In this document: piece after piece, positions 48,774 through 59,449 of the stretch
Layout of the letters: every line of letters begins with the position of its first letter
How positions within the stretch are numbered: position 1 is the stretch's first letter
Assembly: GCA_963771175.1 (NCBI GenBank)
Contig: CAVYSY010000040.1
Coordinates: 128,001 to 192,000, forward strand
Origin: an uncultured delta proteobacterium
GTDB taxonomy: Bacteria; Myxococcota; Myxococcia; Myxococcales; Myxococcaceae
Reading direction: 5' to 3'
DNA: 64,000 bases
Notes under the pieces: generated by a model
What the model saw: only the letters and a program-made list of their open reading frames with translations
Database searches by the model: none
What the model was told of the DNA's origin: nothing
Position numbers and translations under genes: made by a program

Positions 48774-51158
48774 GTGAACGCCGAACGGCAGACCGTCTAC
48801 CGCTGGAGCCTCATCTGGAGCGGCGCCCTCGTGGCGCTGGTGGGCGCCGTGCTGCTCGGCGTGGCCATCACCCAATCGGACGCCTGGGAGCGGGTGGCCG
48901 GGATGTTGGGCCTGTCCGCGCTCGGCTGGGGAGCGCTCATCCAGACGCTCCAGTCGCTGGGGCTGTCGGCGCTGCAATCCACCGCCCTGCGCTCCTCGGT
49001 GCAGGTCGTCGGGACGCAGTACCTGTTGCTCGGCGCGGCGGCGTGGGTGGTGGGCTGGGCGGTCATCGCCTCGGGTATCCGGCGCGCTCCGGCCTCCACC
49101 GAGGGTCCGAGCCCGGCCGCCGGGGCGACGCTGTACCCCCGGCTGGCGCAGTACCGTGACTTCTACTGGAGCACCCTGGGCGCCTACGGCGGCGGCATCC
49201 TGCTCGCGGAGTTGGTGCTCATCCTCCTGCAGACGTTCCTGTCCAGTGGCGGGGGGTCGGGCGCGGGAGGGGAGGGCGGTGGGCTGCCTCCGACGGGGGC
49301 CTTCGCCGTCTCGCTGATTGTTTCGTCGCTCGTGGCCTTCGGGAGCGGCTTCGTGGGGGCCTCGCGCGCGCGGCGGCTGGCCATGCCCGAGGCCACCATC
49401 GGCGTCATCTACTTCGGCCTGCCCGTCCCCGTGCTGCTGACGCTGGTGGAGCAGGTGCCGGACCTGCAGGTGTCGCTGGGCTACCGGCTGCGCGAGGTGA
49501 CGTATGTAGCGGAGCTGCTCGGTCGCCCGGTGGTGGGCTACTGGCTCGTCTTCTCGCTGCTGGTGCTGATGCTGGTGCTGGGCCTCAACACCGGCTTCAT
49601 CGCCGCGGGCAGCGGGCGGCTGGACCTGAAGCTGCGCTTCGAGCTGTTCGTCGCCCGCCGCCATGTGGGCGTGTTCCGCCCCTCGCTGCTGCTGGGCACG
49701 CTGGCGGTGCTCATGTTCGGCATCGTCCCGCCGCTCATCGTCTACGGAATCATCCGCGCGGTGGAGGCGGCGGTGGAGCGCACCCGCATCCGCACCCTGG
49801 GCCTGCAGGACCCGCTCGCCGCCGCGTCCGCGCTCAACCGCCTCAAGCTGCGCGAGCAGTCGCCCACCATGATGATGACCGCGCTGTCGGTGGGTGGCGT
49901 GGGCGTGGGCGTGATGGCGCTCATCATCGTGCTGTCGGTGATGAGCGGCTTCGAGGAGGACCTGCAGAAGAAGATCCTCGGTGCCCACTCGCACGTGGTG
50001 GTGTCCAAGTACGCGGGCCACCTGCCCGAGTACAAGCGGCTGATGGAGCAGATCTCCAAGGTGCCCGGCGTGGTGGGGCAGACGCCCTCCATCGACAACC
50101 CGGTGATGGTGCTCGCCGAGGGCGACGAGGTGCAGGGCATCGTCCTCAAGGGGATCGACCCGGGCACCGTGGGCTCGGTGCTGGACCTGCGCAAGAACAT
50201 GCTGCCCGGGGGCGAGCTGGACCACCTGACGACCCCCGAGAAGATCGTCCCCCGGCGCGCGTTCGGCGGTTTCGGCAACCCGTCCTCCCAGCAGGAAGAG
50301 GAAGAGGAGCTGGAGTCCGAGGACCCCATCATCGGCAAGAGCACGAAGAGCGCCCAGCCGAAGGTGCTGCCCGGCATCATCCTCGGCCGGGAGCTGGCCA
50401 CCATCATGCGTGTGGTGGTGGGAGACCGGGTCAACGTCATCTCCCCGCAGGGCGCCGAGCTGGGCCCCGCTGGCCTCATCCCCAAGAGCCGCGCCTTCCG
50501 CGTGGCGGGCATCTTCTACTCGGGCATGTACGAGTACGACGCCAAGTTCGCCTACATCCTGCTCGACGAGGCGCAGAAGCTCTTCAGCGCCGATGGCCCC
50601 AGCGGCATCGAGCTGAAGGTGGCGGACGTGGATGACGCCCGGCGCATCGCCTCGCTCGTCTCGCGCGAGCTGGGCGGCTACCCCTACCGCGCGCGCGACT
50701 GGGGCGAAATCCACCGGAACATCTTCTCCGCGCTGCGACTGGAGAAGCTGGTGATGGGCATCATCCTCTCCATCATCATCGTGGTCGCCGCCGGCCTCAT
50801 CGTCGCCACCGTCATCATGCTCGTGCTGGAGAAGCGCAAGGAGATCGCCGTCCTCAAGGCGCTCGGCGTGTCCGACGGAGGCATCGTGAAGATCTTCCTC
50901 GCCGAGGGCCTCCAGATTGGCGTGGCCGGCGGCGTGCTGGGCCTTTTCTCCGGTCTGGCCTGGTGCCTCTTCATCGAGCGGGTGGGCATCAAGCTCGATC
51001 CGTCCGTCTATTACATCCCCGCGCTGCCGGTGAAGATCGAGCCGTTGCAGACCGCGCTCGCGGTGGTCATCGCGGTACTCGTTACCTACCTGGCGTCCAT
51101 CTATCCCGCGCTCAAGGCGAGCAGCGTGGAGCCGGTGGAAGGCCTGAAGGCGGAGTGA
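48774..51158 (+). CDS. LolC/E-family lipoprotein-releasing ABC permease with long N-terminal membrane extension
   Basis: SVGGVGVGVMALIIVLSVMSGF, F.SGMYEYD, EKRKEIAVLKALG, YYI..LP, LASIYPA.KA; directly precedes lolD. Confidence 0.88.
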   Translation: MNAERQTVYRWSLIWSGALVALVGAVLLGVAITQSDAWERVAGMLGLSALGWGALIQTLQSLGLSALQSTALRSSVQVVGTQYLLLGAAAWVVGWAVIASGIRRAPASTEGPSPAAGATLYPRLAQYRDFYWSTLGAYGGGILLAELVLILLQTFLSSGGGSGAGGEGGGLPPTGAFAVSLIVSSLVAFGSGFVGASRARRLAMPEATIGVIYFGLPVPVLLTLVEQVPDLQVSLGYRLREVTYVAELLGRPVVGYWLVFSLLVLMLVLGLNTGFIAAGSGRLDLKLRFELFVARRHVGVFRPSLLLGTLAVLMFGIVPPLIVYGIIRAVEAAVERTRIRTLGLQDPLAAASALNRLKLREQSPTMMMTALSVGGVGVGVMALIIVLSVMSGFEEDLQKKILGAHSHVVVSKYAGHLPEYKRLMEQISKVPGVVGQTPSIDNPVMVLAEGDEVQGIVLKGIDPGTVGSVLDLRKNMLPGGELDHLTTPEKIVPRRAFGGFGNPSSQQEEEEELESEDPIIGKSTKSAQPKVLPGIILGRELATIMRVVVGDRVNVISPQGAELGPAGLIPKSRAFRVAGIFYSGMYEYDAKFAYILLDEAQKLFSADGPSGIELKVADVDDARRIASLVSRELGGYPYRARDWGEIHRNIFSALRLEKLVMGIILSIIIVVAAGLIVATVIMLVLEKRKEIAVLKALGVSDGGIVKIFLAEGLQIGVAGGVLGLFSGLAWCLFIERVGIKLDPSVYYIPALPVKIEPLQTALAVVIAVLVTYLASIYPALKASSVEPVEGLKAE

Positions 51159-51163
51159 GGACG

Positions 51164-51838
51164 ATGTCGCTGCTCTCCATCCGCAACGTCTTCAAGAGTT
51201 ATTTCCTGCACGGCAAGCGCATCGACGTGCTGCGCGGCGTGTCCCTGGACATCGAGAAGGGCGAGCTGGTGAGTCTCATCGGCGCGTCCGGGGCGGGGAA
51301 GAGCACCTTCCTGCACGTGCTGGGCACGCTGGACATGCCGGCCGCGGGCGAGCTCCTCTTCGAGGGTCGCCCCGTCTTCTCCATGAACGACGCGGAGATC
51401 GCCGATTTCCGCAACCGCACCATCGGCTTCGTCTTCCAGAGCCACTACCTGCTGCCCGAGTTCACGGCCCTGGAGAACGTGGCCATGCCGGCCCTCATCC
51501 AGCGCCGGGACCGGACCGAGTCCTACGCCTACGCCCGCGAGCTGCTGGAGCGGGTGGGGCTGGGGAGCCGGGTGGAGCATCGGCCCGGGGAGCTGTCCGG
51601 TGGAGAGGCCCAGCGCGTGGCCCTGGCTCGGGCCCTGGTGCTCAAGCCGGCCGTGCTGCTCGCCGACGAGCCCACCGGCAACCTGGACCCGGCCACCGGC
51701 GAGGGCATCCACCAGCTCCTGCGCGAGGTGAACCGGGACCTGGGCATCACCGCCGTGGTGGTCACCCACAATGAGGTCCTGGCCCGCTCCATGCCCCGGC
51801 GGCTCCGATTGGTGGCCGGCCAGGTGACCGAGGCTTGA
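51164..51838 (+). CDS. lolD: Lipoprotein-releasing ABC ATPase LolD
   Basis: GASGAGKS, IGFVFQ.H.LLPEFTALENV, LSGGE.QRVA, ADEPTGNLD. Confidence 0.92.
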   Translation: MSLLSIRNVFKSYFLHGKRIDVLRGVSLDIEKGELVSLIGASGAGKSTFLHVLGTLDMPAAGELLFEGRPVFSMNDAEIADFRNRTIGFVFQSHYLLPEFTALENVAMPALIQRRDRTESYAYARELLERVGLGSRVEHRPGELSGGEAQRVALARALVLKPAVLLADEPTGNLDPATGEGIHQLLREVNRDLGITAVVVTHNEVLARSMPRRLRLVAGQVTEA

Positions 51839-51918
51839 CGCTCCTGGCCCCCTTCCGCGATTTCCCATTGAGGCCCGGCGAATTCCTCCCGTAGATTGCC
51901 CCGCCCTTCACCGGCCGA

Positions 51919-54369
51919 TTGCTCTTGAGGCTCCCCGTTCTCTCGCTCAGGTTCCTTGTTCCGCTCCTCGTCGCCGCATGGACGGTGCTGCCCGGTCGCG
52001 CGCTCGCGCAGGCGGACGGGGGCACCCCCCCGGCCCCCGTGCCTCCCGCGGCGCTTCCCCTGCCCGCTGGTGACGAGGTCGACACCGGTGCTCCCGCTCC
52101 CGACCGTGAGGTCCGGGAAGGGGAGGTGGTCGACATCCGCATCGAGGGCAACCGCCGCGTCGAGGCCGAGGCCATCCGCCGCGCCCTCAAGACGCGGGTG
52201 GGTGTGTCCATCGAAGACGTCTCCACCGCCGAGGATCTCCGGGCGGTCTGGGCGCTCGGCTACTTCAGTGATGTTCAGCTCCTGACGCAGCGCCTGCCCA
52301 CCGGCGGCGTCGTCTACGTGGTTCGGGTGCAGGAGCGCCCCTCCATCCGCGCGGTGAAGCTCGCCGGCAACGAGGAACTCAGCCAGGACGACCTGAAGGA
52401 GTCCATCGAGGTCAAGGCCCTCACCATCCTGGACATGGACGCGGTGCGCCGCACCCAGAAGAAGATCCAGGAGAAGTACATCGACAAGGGCTACTTCCTC
52501 GCCGAGGTCTCCCATCAGATCGTCCCCGTCGAGGGCGGTCAGGTCGATGTGGTCTTCACCATCGACGAGAACTCGAAGGTGATGGTGAAGGACATCGCCT
52601 TGCTGGGCGCGGAGAAGGTGTCTCCATCCCGGCTCAAGGACGTGATGCTCACCAAGGAGGGGGGCTTCCTCTCCTTCGTCACCGGCGAGGGCACCTACCG
52701 TGAGGAGGTGTTCCAGCGCGACCTGGCGGTCATCCAGGCCACCTACTACGACGAGGGCTTCATCAACGTCCGGGTGGACAAGCCCTCCGTCTCCCTCTCC
52801 GCCGACAAGCGCTACATCTACGTCTCCATCAAGGTGACCGAGGGCGAGCGCTTCGACATCGGGAAGGTCGACTTCTCCGGCGACCTGGTGGTGCCCAAGG
52901 AAGAGCTCGCCAGGATCATGAGCTCCTCGACGGGCAGTCACTTCAGCCGCTCGCAGCTCGGCCAGGACATCCAGTCGATCACCGACGTCTATTACGACCG
53001 GGGCTACGCCTACGCGAACATCAACCCCATCACCGCGATCAACGCGGAGACGAAGACGGTGGATCTGACGTTCGACGTGCAGAAGGGGCCGCAGGTCTCC
53101 GTCGAGCGCATCGAGATCGTCGGCAACACCAAGACGCGCGACAAGGTCATCCGCCGCGAGCTGCGTGTCTACGAGGGCGAGCTCTACAATGGCACCGGCG
53201 TGCGCCGCAGCAAGGAGCGCGTGACGGCGCTCGGCTTCTTCGAGACGGTGGAGGTCACCCAGCGGCCCGGCAGTCAGCCCGACACCATCATCGTCCAGGT
53301 GGAGGTGAAGGAGAAGGCCACCGGTACCTTCCAGGTGGGCCTCGGCTTCTCCAACGTGGAGAACTTCATCTTCACGGCCCAGGTGTCGCAGAACAACTTC
53401 CTGGGGTGGGGCCAGAGCGTGTCGGCCTCGGCGCAGATCTCCAGCCTGCGCTCGCTCGTGCAGCTCTCGTTCTTCGACCCGTACTTCCTGGACACCAACT
53501 TCCTGCTGTCCGCGGACTTCTTCCGGGTGGACTCGCAGTACGTGGACTTCACCCGTCGCTCCACGGGTGGCAGCGCCTCCCTGGGCTACCAGCTCATCGA
53601 GGACCTGCTCGTCAACGTGGGCTACTCGCAGGAGCACGTGAGCGTGGAGGCCGCGCCGGGCTTCGGCGGCGTGTTGCTGGCCAACCGCTTCCTCAGCGGC
53701 GTGACGAGCTCGGTGCGTCTGTCCGTCACCTACGACAAGCGCAACAACCGCCTGTTCCCCTCCAAGGGCTTCATCCACTACGGCTCGGTGGAGTACGCGC
53801 CCCCCTTCATCGGCCTCAGCAACTCGCCCTTCCTCTTCACCCGCTACACGGCCTACTCGCGCCTGTACTTCCCGCTGCCCCTCGGCGCCGTCTTCAAGAC
53901 CAACGCCACTATCGGCTACATCCAGCAGTTGGATCCCAACCGGCCGCTGCCCATCTCCGAGTTCTACTACCTGGGTGGCATCAACTCGGTGCGCGGCTAC
54001 CTGCTGCGCAGCATCAGCCCCACGCTGCTGGCGCCGCGCTCGGGCTCGCCCGATGCCCCCATCGACCAGATCGACGTGGGCGGCAACAAGCAGCTCATCC
54101 TCAACCTGGAGCTGGAGTTCCCCGTCTTCGAGAAGGCCGGCATCCGCGGCGTGGTCTTCTATGACGCGGGCAACGCCTACGCGACCAACGAGCGCTTCTT
54201 CCAGGATAAGCAGGATAACGTGCCCCTGGGGCTCTTCCACTCGGTGGGCTTCGGCTTCCGGTGGTTCTCGCCGGTCGGTCCCCTGCGTTTCGAGTGGGGA
54301 ATCCCGATTACGCCGCGTCCGGAAGATCAGCCCATCCTCTTCGAGTTTACGATCGGCAATTTCTTCTGA
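51919..54369 (+). CDS. bamA: Outer membrane protein assembly factor BamA
   Basis: POTRA repeats (GN..TRDKVIRRE), GG..SVRGY, C-terminal FEFTIGNFF. Confidence 0.96.
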   Translation: MLLRLPVLSLRFLVPLLVAAWTVLPGRALAQADGGTPPAPVPPAALPLPAGDEVDTGAPAPDREVREGEVVDIRIEGNRRVEAEAIRRALKTRVGVSIEDVSTAEDLRAVWALGYFSDVQLLTQRLPTGGVVYVVRVQERPSIRAVKLAGNEELSQDDLKESIEVKALTILDMDAVRRTQKKIQEKYIDKGYFLAEVSHQIVPVEGGQVDVVFTIDENSKVMVKDIALLGAEKVSPSRLKDVMLTKEGGFLSFVTGEGTYREEVFQRDLAVIQATYYDEGFINVRVDKPSVSLSADKRYIYVSIKVTEGERFDIGKVDFSGDLVVPKEELARIMSSSTGSHFSRSQLGQDIQSITDVYYDRGYAYANINPITAINAETKTVDLTFDVQKGPQVSVERIEIVGNTKTRDKVIRRELRVYEGELYNGTGVRRSKERVTALGFFETVEVTQRPGSQPDTIIVQVEVKEKATGTFQVGLGFSNVENFIFTAQVSQNNFLGWGQSVSASAQISSLRSLVQLSFFDPYFLDTNFLLSADFFRVDSQYVDFTRRSTGGSASLGYQLIEDLLVNVGYSQEHVSVEAAPGFGGVLLANRFLSGVTSSVRLSVTYDKRNNRLFPSKGFIHYGSVEYAPPFIGLSNSPFLFTRYTAYSRLYFPLPLGAVFKTNATIGYIQQLDPNRPLPISEFYYLGGINSVRGYLLRSISPTLLAPRSGSPDAPIDQIDVGGNKQLILNLELEFPVFEKAGIRGVVFYDAGNAYATNERFFQDKQDNVPLGLFHSVGFGFRWFSPVGPLRFEWGIPITPRPEDQPILFEFTIGNFF

Positions 54370-54372
54370 TAG

Positions 54373-54436
54373 GTCGTCCGCCCGGTCTGCAATCGGCCGT
54401 CTTCACGGCCGTTGAACAAGGCATCGGGCGGGACGT
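54373..54436 (+). other. Structured bamA-skp intergenic RNA (inner hairpin CGGCCGT-cttc-ACGGCCG, outer GTCCGCCCG/CGGGCGGGAC pairing)
   Basis: Inverted repeats read directly. Confidence 0.4.
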
Positions 54437-54470
54437 CGAATTTTCAAACTTCCCCGAGGAGCTGTCGCAC

Positions 54471-55037
54471 ATGTCGCTTCGAAGCAAACTGTCGGTTCTG
54501 GCCATCGCCCTCTCGCTCGCCGTTCCGACCCTGGCCGCCGCTCAGGACCTGAAGGTCGGCTATGTGGACTACCAGCGCGTCCTTCTCGAGGTGGATGACG
54601 GCAAGGCCGCCAAGGTCCGCCTCCAGAAGTGGCTGGAGAGCCGCCAGCGGGAGATCGACGCCGAGCAGGAGGCCCTCCGCAAGGAGAAGGAGACGCTGGA
54701 CAAGCAGGCCAGCGCGATGAGCGAGGAGACGCGCATCCAGAAGGCCACCGACCTGCAGAAGAAGGTCTACGAGCTGGCCCAGAAGTGGGAGAAGAGCCGG
54801 GGCGAGGCCGCCGAGCGCGAGCGCAAGGAGATGGAGCCCATCATCGGGAAGATCGACTCGGTCATCAGCACCATCGCCGAGCGCAATGGTCTGGGCATGG
54901 TCTTCGAGAAGCGGGACTCCGGCCTGGTGTTCGCCCTCAACCAGTATGACCTGACCAACGAGGTCATCCGCACCTACAACAGCTCCAAGGGCAAGGCCAA
55001 GGACGCGCCGGTCGCCAAGGACGCCCCCAAGAAGTAA
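54471..55037 (+). CDS. skp: OmpH/Skp periplasmic chaperone
   Basis: Signal peptide, KVGYVDYQRVL, coiled coil, DLTNEVI; position between bamA and lpxD. Confidence 0.92.
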   Translation: MSLRSKLSVLAIALSLAVPTLAAAQDLKVGYVDYQRVLLEVDDGKAAKVRLQKWLESRQREIDAEQEALRKEKETLDKQASAMSEETRIQKATDLQKKVYELAQKWEKSRGEAAERERKEMEPIIGKIDSVISTIAERNGLGMVFEKRDSGLVFALNQYDLTNEVIRTYNSSKGKAKDAPVAKDAPKK

Positions 55038-55048
55038 GGCCTTTCTCC

Positions 55049-56114
55049 GTGCACGTACCCAGCCCGCGCCGGCTCGGGGAGCTCGCCGCCCATGTCGGCG
55101 GTGAGCTCGTCGGAGAATGCCGGCCTGATGATTACGGGACTCAACGGGCTCGCCGAGGCGAGCCCGGGTGAGCTCTCCTTCTACGGCAACCCGCGCTACC
55201 GTCGGCAGTACGAGGCGAGTCGGGCCTCGGCCGTCCTCGTGGGCCCGGATGCGGATGCTCGCGAGGGTGTGTCGCTGGTGCGGGTGGCCAATCCCCACCT
55301 GGCCTTCGCGAGGATTTCGAGCCTCTTCCACCCGCGGCCGTCGCACGCGGCGGGAGTGCGGCCCGGGGCGCACGTGCACTCCGAGGCGCGCGTCCACCCG
55401 GAGGCCACGGTGATGGCCGGCGCCACGGTGGACAAGAACGCCACCGTGGGCGCTCGCGCGGTGCTCTTCCCCGGCGTCTACGTGGGCGAGGGCGCGAGCA
55501 TCGGCGAGGACAGCCTGCTGTACCCCAACGTCACCGTGCGCGAGCACTGCCTGGTGGGCGCACGCGTCATCCTCCATGCCTCGTGCGTGGTGGGGGCGGA
55601 CGGTTTCGGTTTCGCCTTCAACCCCGAGGGGGAGAACGGTCCGGAGCACTACAAGGTGCCCCAGGCCGGCATCGTCCGCATCGAGGACGACGTGGAGGTG
55701 GGTGCCTGTACCTGCATCGACCGGGCGACGATCGGCGAAACGGTGATCGGCCGTGGAACGAAGATCGACAATCTGGTGCAGATCGCGCACAACGTGAAGG
55801 TGGGCCCGCTCTCGCTCATCTGCTCTCAGGCGGGCGTGTCCGGCTCGGCCGAGGTGGGCATGGGCGTGGTACTGGCGGGGCAGGTGGGCGTGGTGGGCCA
55901 CATCCGCGTGGGTGACATGGCCAAGGTCGGAGCCCAGTCCGGAGTGGCCCACGACGTGGAGGACGGGCAGGTGGTGAGCGGCAGCCCGGCCATGCCCCAT
56001 CGTGAGTGGTTGCGGATGTCGGCGGCGCTCGGGCAACTGGGCGATCTGCTCAAGGAAGTACGTACCCTGCGACGCAGGGTCGAGACGCTCGAGAAGAAGG
56101 AGAAGGGCGGATGA
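55049..56114 (+). CDS. lpxD: UDP-3-O-acylglucosamine N-acyltransferase LpxD (apparent +1 indel near 55115)
   Basis: GTG 55049 gives [16 protein letters not shown], continuing in the next frame; hexapeptide repeats, [24 protein letters not shown]. Confidence 0.95.
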
Positions 56115-56581
56115 TGGACATCCAGGAGATCCAGCAGTTGCTGCCCCACCGCTATCCGTTCCTTCTAGTGGACCGGGTGGTGGAAATCGTCCCCAGCCAG
56201 AAGCTGGTTGCGTACAAGAACGTCACCATGAACGAGGACTTCTTCAACGGGCACTTCCCGGGGCACCCGGTGATGCCGGGAGTGCTCGTGCTGGAGGCGC
56301 TGGCGCAGGCCACGGCCATCCTCGCCTACAAGAGCGAGGGGATCGATCCCAAGCGGTCGGTGACGTACCTGATGGGCGTAGACGGCGCGAAGTTCCGCAA
56401 GCCGGTGGTGCCGGGCGACCGCCTGCAGCTCAACATCGAGGTCGTCCGCCACAAGGGCGCCATCTGGAAGACGAAGGGCACGGCGACAGTGGACGGGGCG
56501 AAGGTGGCCGAGGGCGAGTTCCTGGCTACCGTCGTGGACAAGGACAAGGGCACCAGCGGCTCGGCGGCTGAGGCGTCCTGA
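56111..56581 (+). CDS. fabZ: 3-hydroxyacyl-ACP dehydratase FabZ
   Basis: [31 protein letters not shown]. Confidence 0.97.
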   Translation: MMDIQEIQQLLPHRYPFLLVDRVVEIVPSQKLVAYKNVTMNEDFFNGHFPGHPVMPGVLVLEALAQATAILAYKSEGIDPKRSVTYLMGVDGAKFRKPVVPGDRLQLNIEVVRHKGAIWKTKGTATVDGAKVAEGEFLATVVDKDKGTSGSAAEAS

Positions 56582-56602
56582 GTGGGCAAGAAGGCAGACA
56601 CC

Positions 56603-57379
56603 ATGGCGCAGGTTCACCCCACGGCGGTGGTCCACCCCGGTGCTCGCCTCCACGAGTCGGTGGAGGTTGGCCCCTACTCCGTCATCGGGGAGAAGGTGAC
56701 GATTGGCGCGGGCTCTCGCGTGGGTCCGCACGTCGTCATCGACGGTCGCACCACGATCGGTGCGAACAACCGCATCTTCCCGTTCGCCGCGGTGGGCGGG
56801 GCCCCGCAGGACTTGAAGTACGCGGGCGAGGATACCGAGCTCATCATCGGTGACGGCAACACCATCCGCGAGTCCGCCACGCTGAACATCGGCACGGTGG
56901 GCGGCGGCGGCGTGACGCGGGTGGGCAGCAACAACCTCTTCATGGCCTACAGCCACGTGGCCCACGACTGCGTGGTGGGCAACGGCTGCATCGTCGCCAA
57001 CGGCGTGGCGCTGGCCGGGCACGTCAGCCTGGAGGACTTCGTCATCCTCGGGGGGCTGTCCGCGGTGCACCAGTTCACCCGCCTGGGCAAGCACGCGTTC
57101 ATCGCGGGCGGGTCCATGGTGACGATGGACGTGCCCCCGTACTGCACGGCCCAGGGTGATCGGGCCGAGCTGGCCGGTCTCAACGTGGTGGGCCTGCAGC
57201 GCCACGGCTTCAACGAGGAGCAGATCGGCCGCATCAAGGAGGCCTACAAGATCCTCTTCCGCTCGAAGCTGCAGCTCTCGGAGGCCATGGCCCGACTGAA
57301 GAGCGAGATGGGTGGCCACTCGGAGATCGACTACCTGGTGGACTTCATCAGTCAGAGCAAGCGCGGGCTGACGCGCTGA
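56603..57379 (+). CDS. lpxA: UDP-N-acetylglucosamine O-acyltransferase LpxA
   Basis: VHPTAVV, PQDLKY, MAYSHVAHDC, VHQF. Confidence 0.97.
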   Translation: MAQVHPTAVVHPGARLHESVEVGPYSVIGEKVTIGAGSRVGPHVVIDGRTTIGANNRIFPFAAVGGAPQDLKYAGEDTELIIGDGNTIRESATLNIGTVGGGGVTRVGSNNLFMAYSHVAHDCVVGNGCIVANGVALAGHVSLEDFVILGGLSAVHQFTRLGKHAFIAGGSMVTMDVPPYCTAQGDRAELAGLNVVGLQRHGFNEEQIGRIKEAYKILFRSKLQLSEAMARLKSEMGGHSEIDYLVDFISQSKRGLTR

Positions 57380-57380
57380 A

Positions 57381-58190
57381 GTGATCGTGGAGCGCATCGG
57401 CCTCATCGCGGGCAACGGACGGTTGCCCTTCTTGTTCGCGAGCGCGGCCCGGGAGCAGGGGCTGGCGGTGGTGGCTGTTGCCCACCGGGGCGAGGCGGAT
57501 CCCGCCCTGGAGGCCGAGGTCTCCGAGCTGACGTGGGTGCGGTTGGGGCAGGTGGACCGCATCGTGCGCGCCTTCCGCAAGGCGGGCGTGCAGCGGGCGG
57601 CCATGGCCGGCGGCATCGGCCGGGTGCGCGCGTTCACCGAGGCGCGGCCGGACCTGGGCGCGGTGCGCATCATCTCGCGCCTGCGCAGCTTCCGGGACGA
57701 CGCGCTGCTGCGTGCGGTGGCGGACTACTTCGAGTCGCACGGCATCACCATCGTGGCGCCCACGGACTGGCTGGCGCAGGCGCTTTGTCCCGAGGGGCAC
57801 CTCGCGGGGCCCCGGCTGAACGAGGCGCAGGAGAAGGACGTCACGCTGGGGCGGGAAGTGGCGACGCTCCTGGGCCAGGCGGACGTGGGGCAGACGGTGG
57901 TGGTGCGCAACGGCCACGTGCTCGCGCTGGAGGCGGTGGAGGGCACGGACGAGGCCATCCGCCGCGGCGGCAAGTACGGCGGGGCCGGGGCGGTGGTGGT
58001 GAAGCGCTGCAAGCCCGGGCAGGACCTGCGCTTCGACCTGCCGGCGGTGGGGCCTCGCACCCTGGAAGTCATGCAGGAGGTGGGGGCGAAGGTGCTGGCG
58101 CTGGAGGCCGGGAAGACGGTGCTGCTGGACGCTCCGGCGCTCTTCCAGGGGGCCGAGAAGGCCGGCATCACCCTCATCGGCGTCCCCTGA
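57381..58190 (+). CDS. lpxI: UDP-2,3-diacylglucosamine hydrolase LpxI
   Basis: IGLIAGNG.LP, DVGQTVVV, EAVEGTD, QDLRFDLPAVGP. Confidence 0.93.
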   Translation: MIVERIGLIAGNGRLPFLFASAAREQGLAVVAVAHRGEADPALEAEVSELTWVRLGQVDRIVRAFRKAGVQRAAMAGGIGRVRAFTEARPDLGAVRIISRLRSFRDDALLRAVADYFESHGITIVAPTDWLAQALCPEGHLAGPRLNEAQEKDVTLGREVATLLGQADVGQTVVVRNGHVLALEAVEGTDEAIRRGGKYGGAGAVVVKRCKPGQDLRFDLPAVGPRTLEVMQEVGAKVLALEAGKTVLLDAPALFQGAEKAGITLIGVP

Positions 58191-58400
58191 GCGCTTGGGA
58201 CTCCGGGGTTGTCCCCGTGCCTGCTCCCTCTCCGTCCTGGGGGAGGGCGGGGTGCGAATCGTTCCCACCCGCTCCTGTGTGGAATGCTCCCCTCCCAAGG
58301 GCCTGTTCCGAACACTACTCCGGGACCTGAACCGGGTCCGCGTTGCTCCCGCCGCGCGCCCCGGACAGGGTGTGTCCCCTCCTGGAGGTATCCATCCCGC

Positions 58401-59420
58401 ATGAATTCTCGCCTCTTGCTGCTGTGCCTCACCTTGTCGCCGCTGTGCGCGCTCGCCGATGCGGTGCGCGTATCGCTCCAGCCCCGGGCCACGTTGGGCA
58501 AGGGGCTGCCGGCGCTGCAGGTGCACATCGAGGAGGCCATCGCCGGCTTCGAGGTGAAGCTGAAGCGCGGGGATGGGCAGGAGGTGCGGGTGAAGGGCGG
58601 TGGGCAGCCGGGCGTGACGCGCACCCTCCCGCTGGAGCAGCCCGAGGGCCGCTTCCACTACGAGGGCGAGCTGGTGGTGCGCTTGCCGGACGCGGAGGAG
58701 GTCTCGATGCCGCTGTCCTTCGATGCGGAGCTGCTGGGGCCGCTGCGGATGACGGTGGTGCCGGAGGACGTGGACGTGGCGGGGCGCAAGCTGCGCCTCA
58801 CGCTGTCCCGGCCCGCGTCGCGCGTGCGGGTGACGGTGCTGATGGACACCGGCAAGAAGGCCTTCGACGGCGAGGTGCCCTTCCAGGGCGAGCCCGCGGG
58901 CAGGCCGCTGGAGGTGACGTGGCCGGCGGCGGAGGGGCGGGTGATGCGCATCTCGCTCAAGGCCTTCGACACCTCTGACTTCTACACGGCCCTGGAGCTC
59001 TTCCCGTGGCGGGTGGACATTCCGCACGAGGAGGTCACCTTCCCCACGGGCAGCGCGGACGTACCCACTGCCGAGCGGCGGAAGCTGGACGCCAGCCTCG
59101 CGCTCATCGCCGACGCGGTGTCGCGCTATGGCCAGTTCGCCGAGCTGCGCCTCTACGTCCTCGGGCACACCGATACGGTGGGCGACACGGACTCCAACCG
59201 CGAGCTGTCTCTCAGTCGCGCCCGGAGCATCGCCGCGTACCTGCGCAAGCGGGGCCTGAAGCTGCCCATCTTCTACGAGGGCTTCGGCGAGCAGTCCCTT
59301 CGTGTGGCCACCCCGGATGAGACCGATGAGGCCACCAACCGGCGCGCCGAGTACATCCTGGCCGTGGAGCCGCCGGCCCTGCCCCAACCCCCCTTCCCAC
59401 CGCAATGGCGGAAGCTGTGA
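58401..59420 (+). CDS. OmpA-like peptidoglycan-binding domain protein
   Basis: GGAGGT SD and signal peptide; GHTDTVG..N.ELSL.RA, GFGE, NRRAEY. Confidence 0.88.
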   Translation: MNSRLLLLCLTLSPLCALADAVRVSLQPRATLGKGLPALQVHIEEAIAGFEVKLKRGDGQEVRVKGGGQPGVTRTLPLEQPEGRFHYEGELVVRLPDAEEVSMPLSFDAELLGPLRMTVVPEDVDVAGRKLRLTLSRPASRVRVTVLMDTGKKAFDGEVPFQGEPAGRPLEVTWPAAEGRVMRISLKAFDTSDFYTALELFPWRVDIPHEEVTFPTGSADVPTAERRKLDASLALIADAVSRYGQFAELRLYVLGHTDTVGDTDSNRELSLSRARSIAAYLRKRGLKLPIFYEGFGEQSLRVATPDETDEATNRRAEYILAVEPPALPQPPFPPQWRKL

Positions 59421-59449
59421 TGCACCCGCCCCCCAAGGAGAATCGACGC

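Noticed and set aside
58220..58275. AGGGCGGGGTG..TTCCCACC resembling an FMN riboswitch 5' end or a REP element
   Set aside because: The rest of the RFN consensus is missing and the context is wrong; the CCCTCTCC/GGGGGAGGG hairpin occurs once, so it is unsupported as a repeat family.
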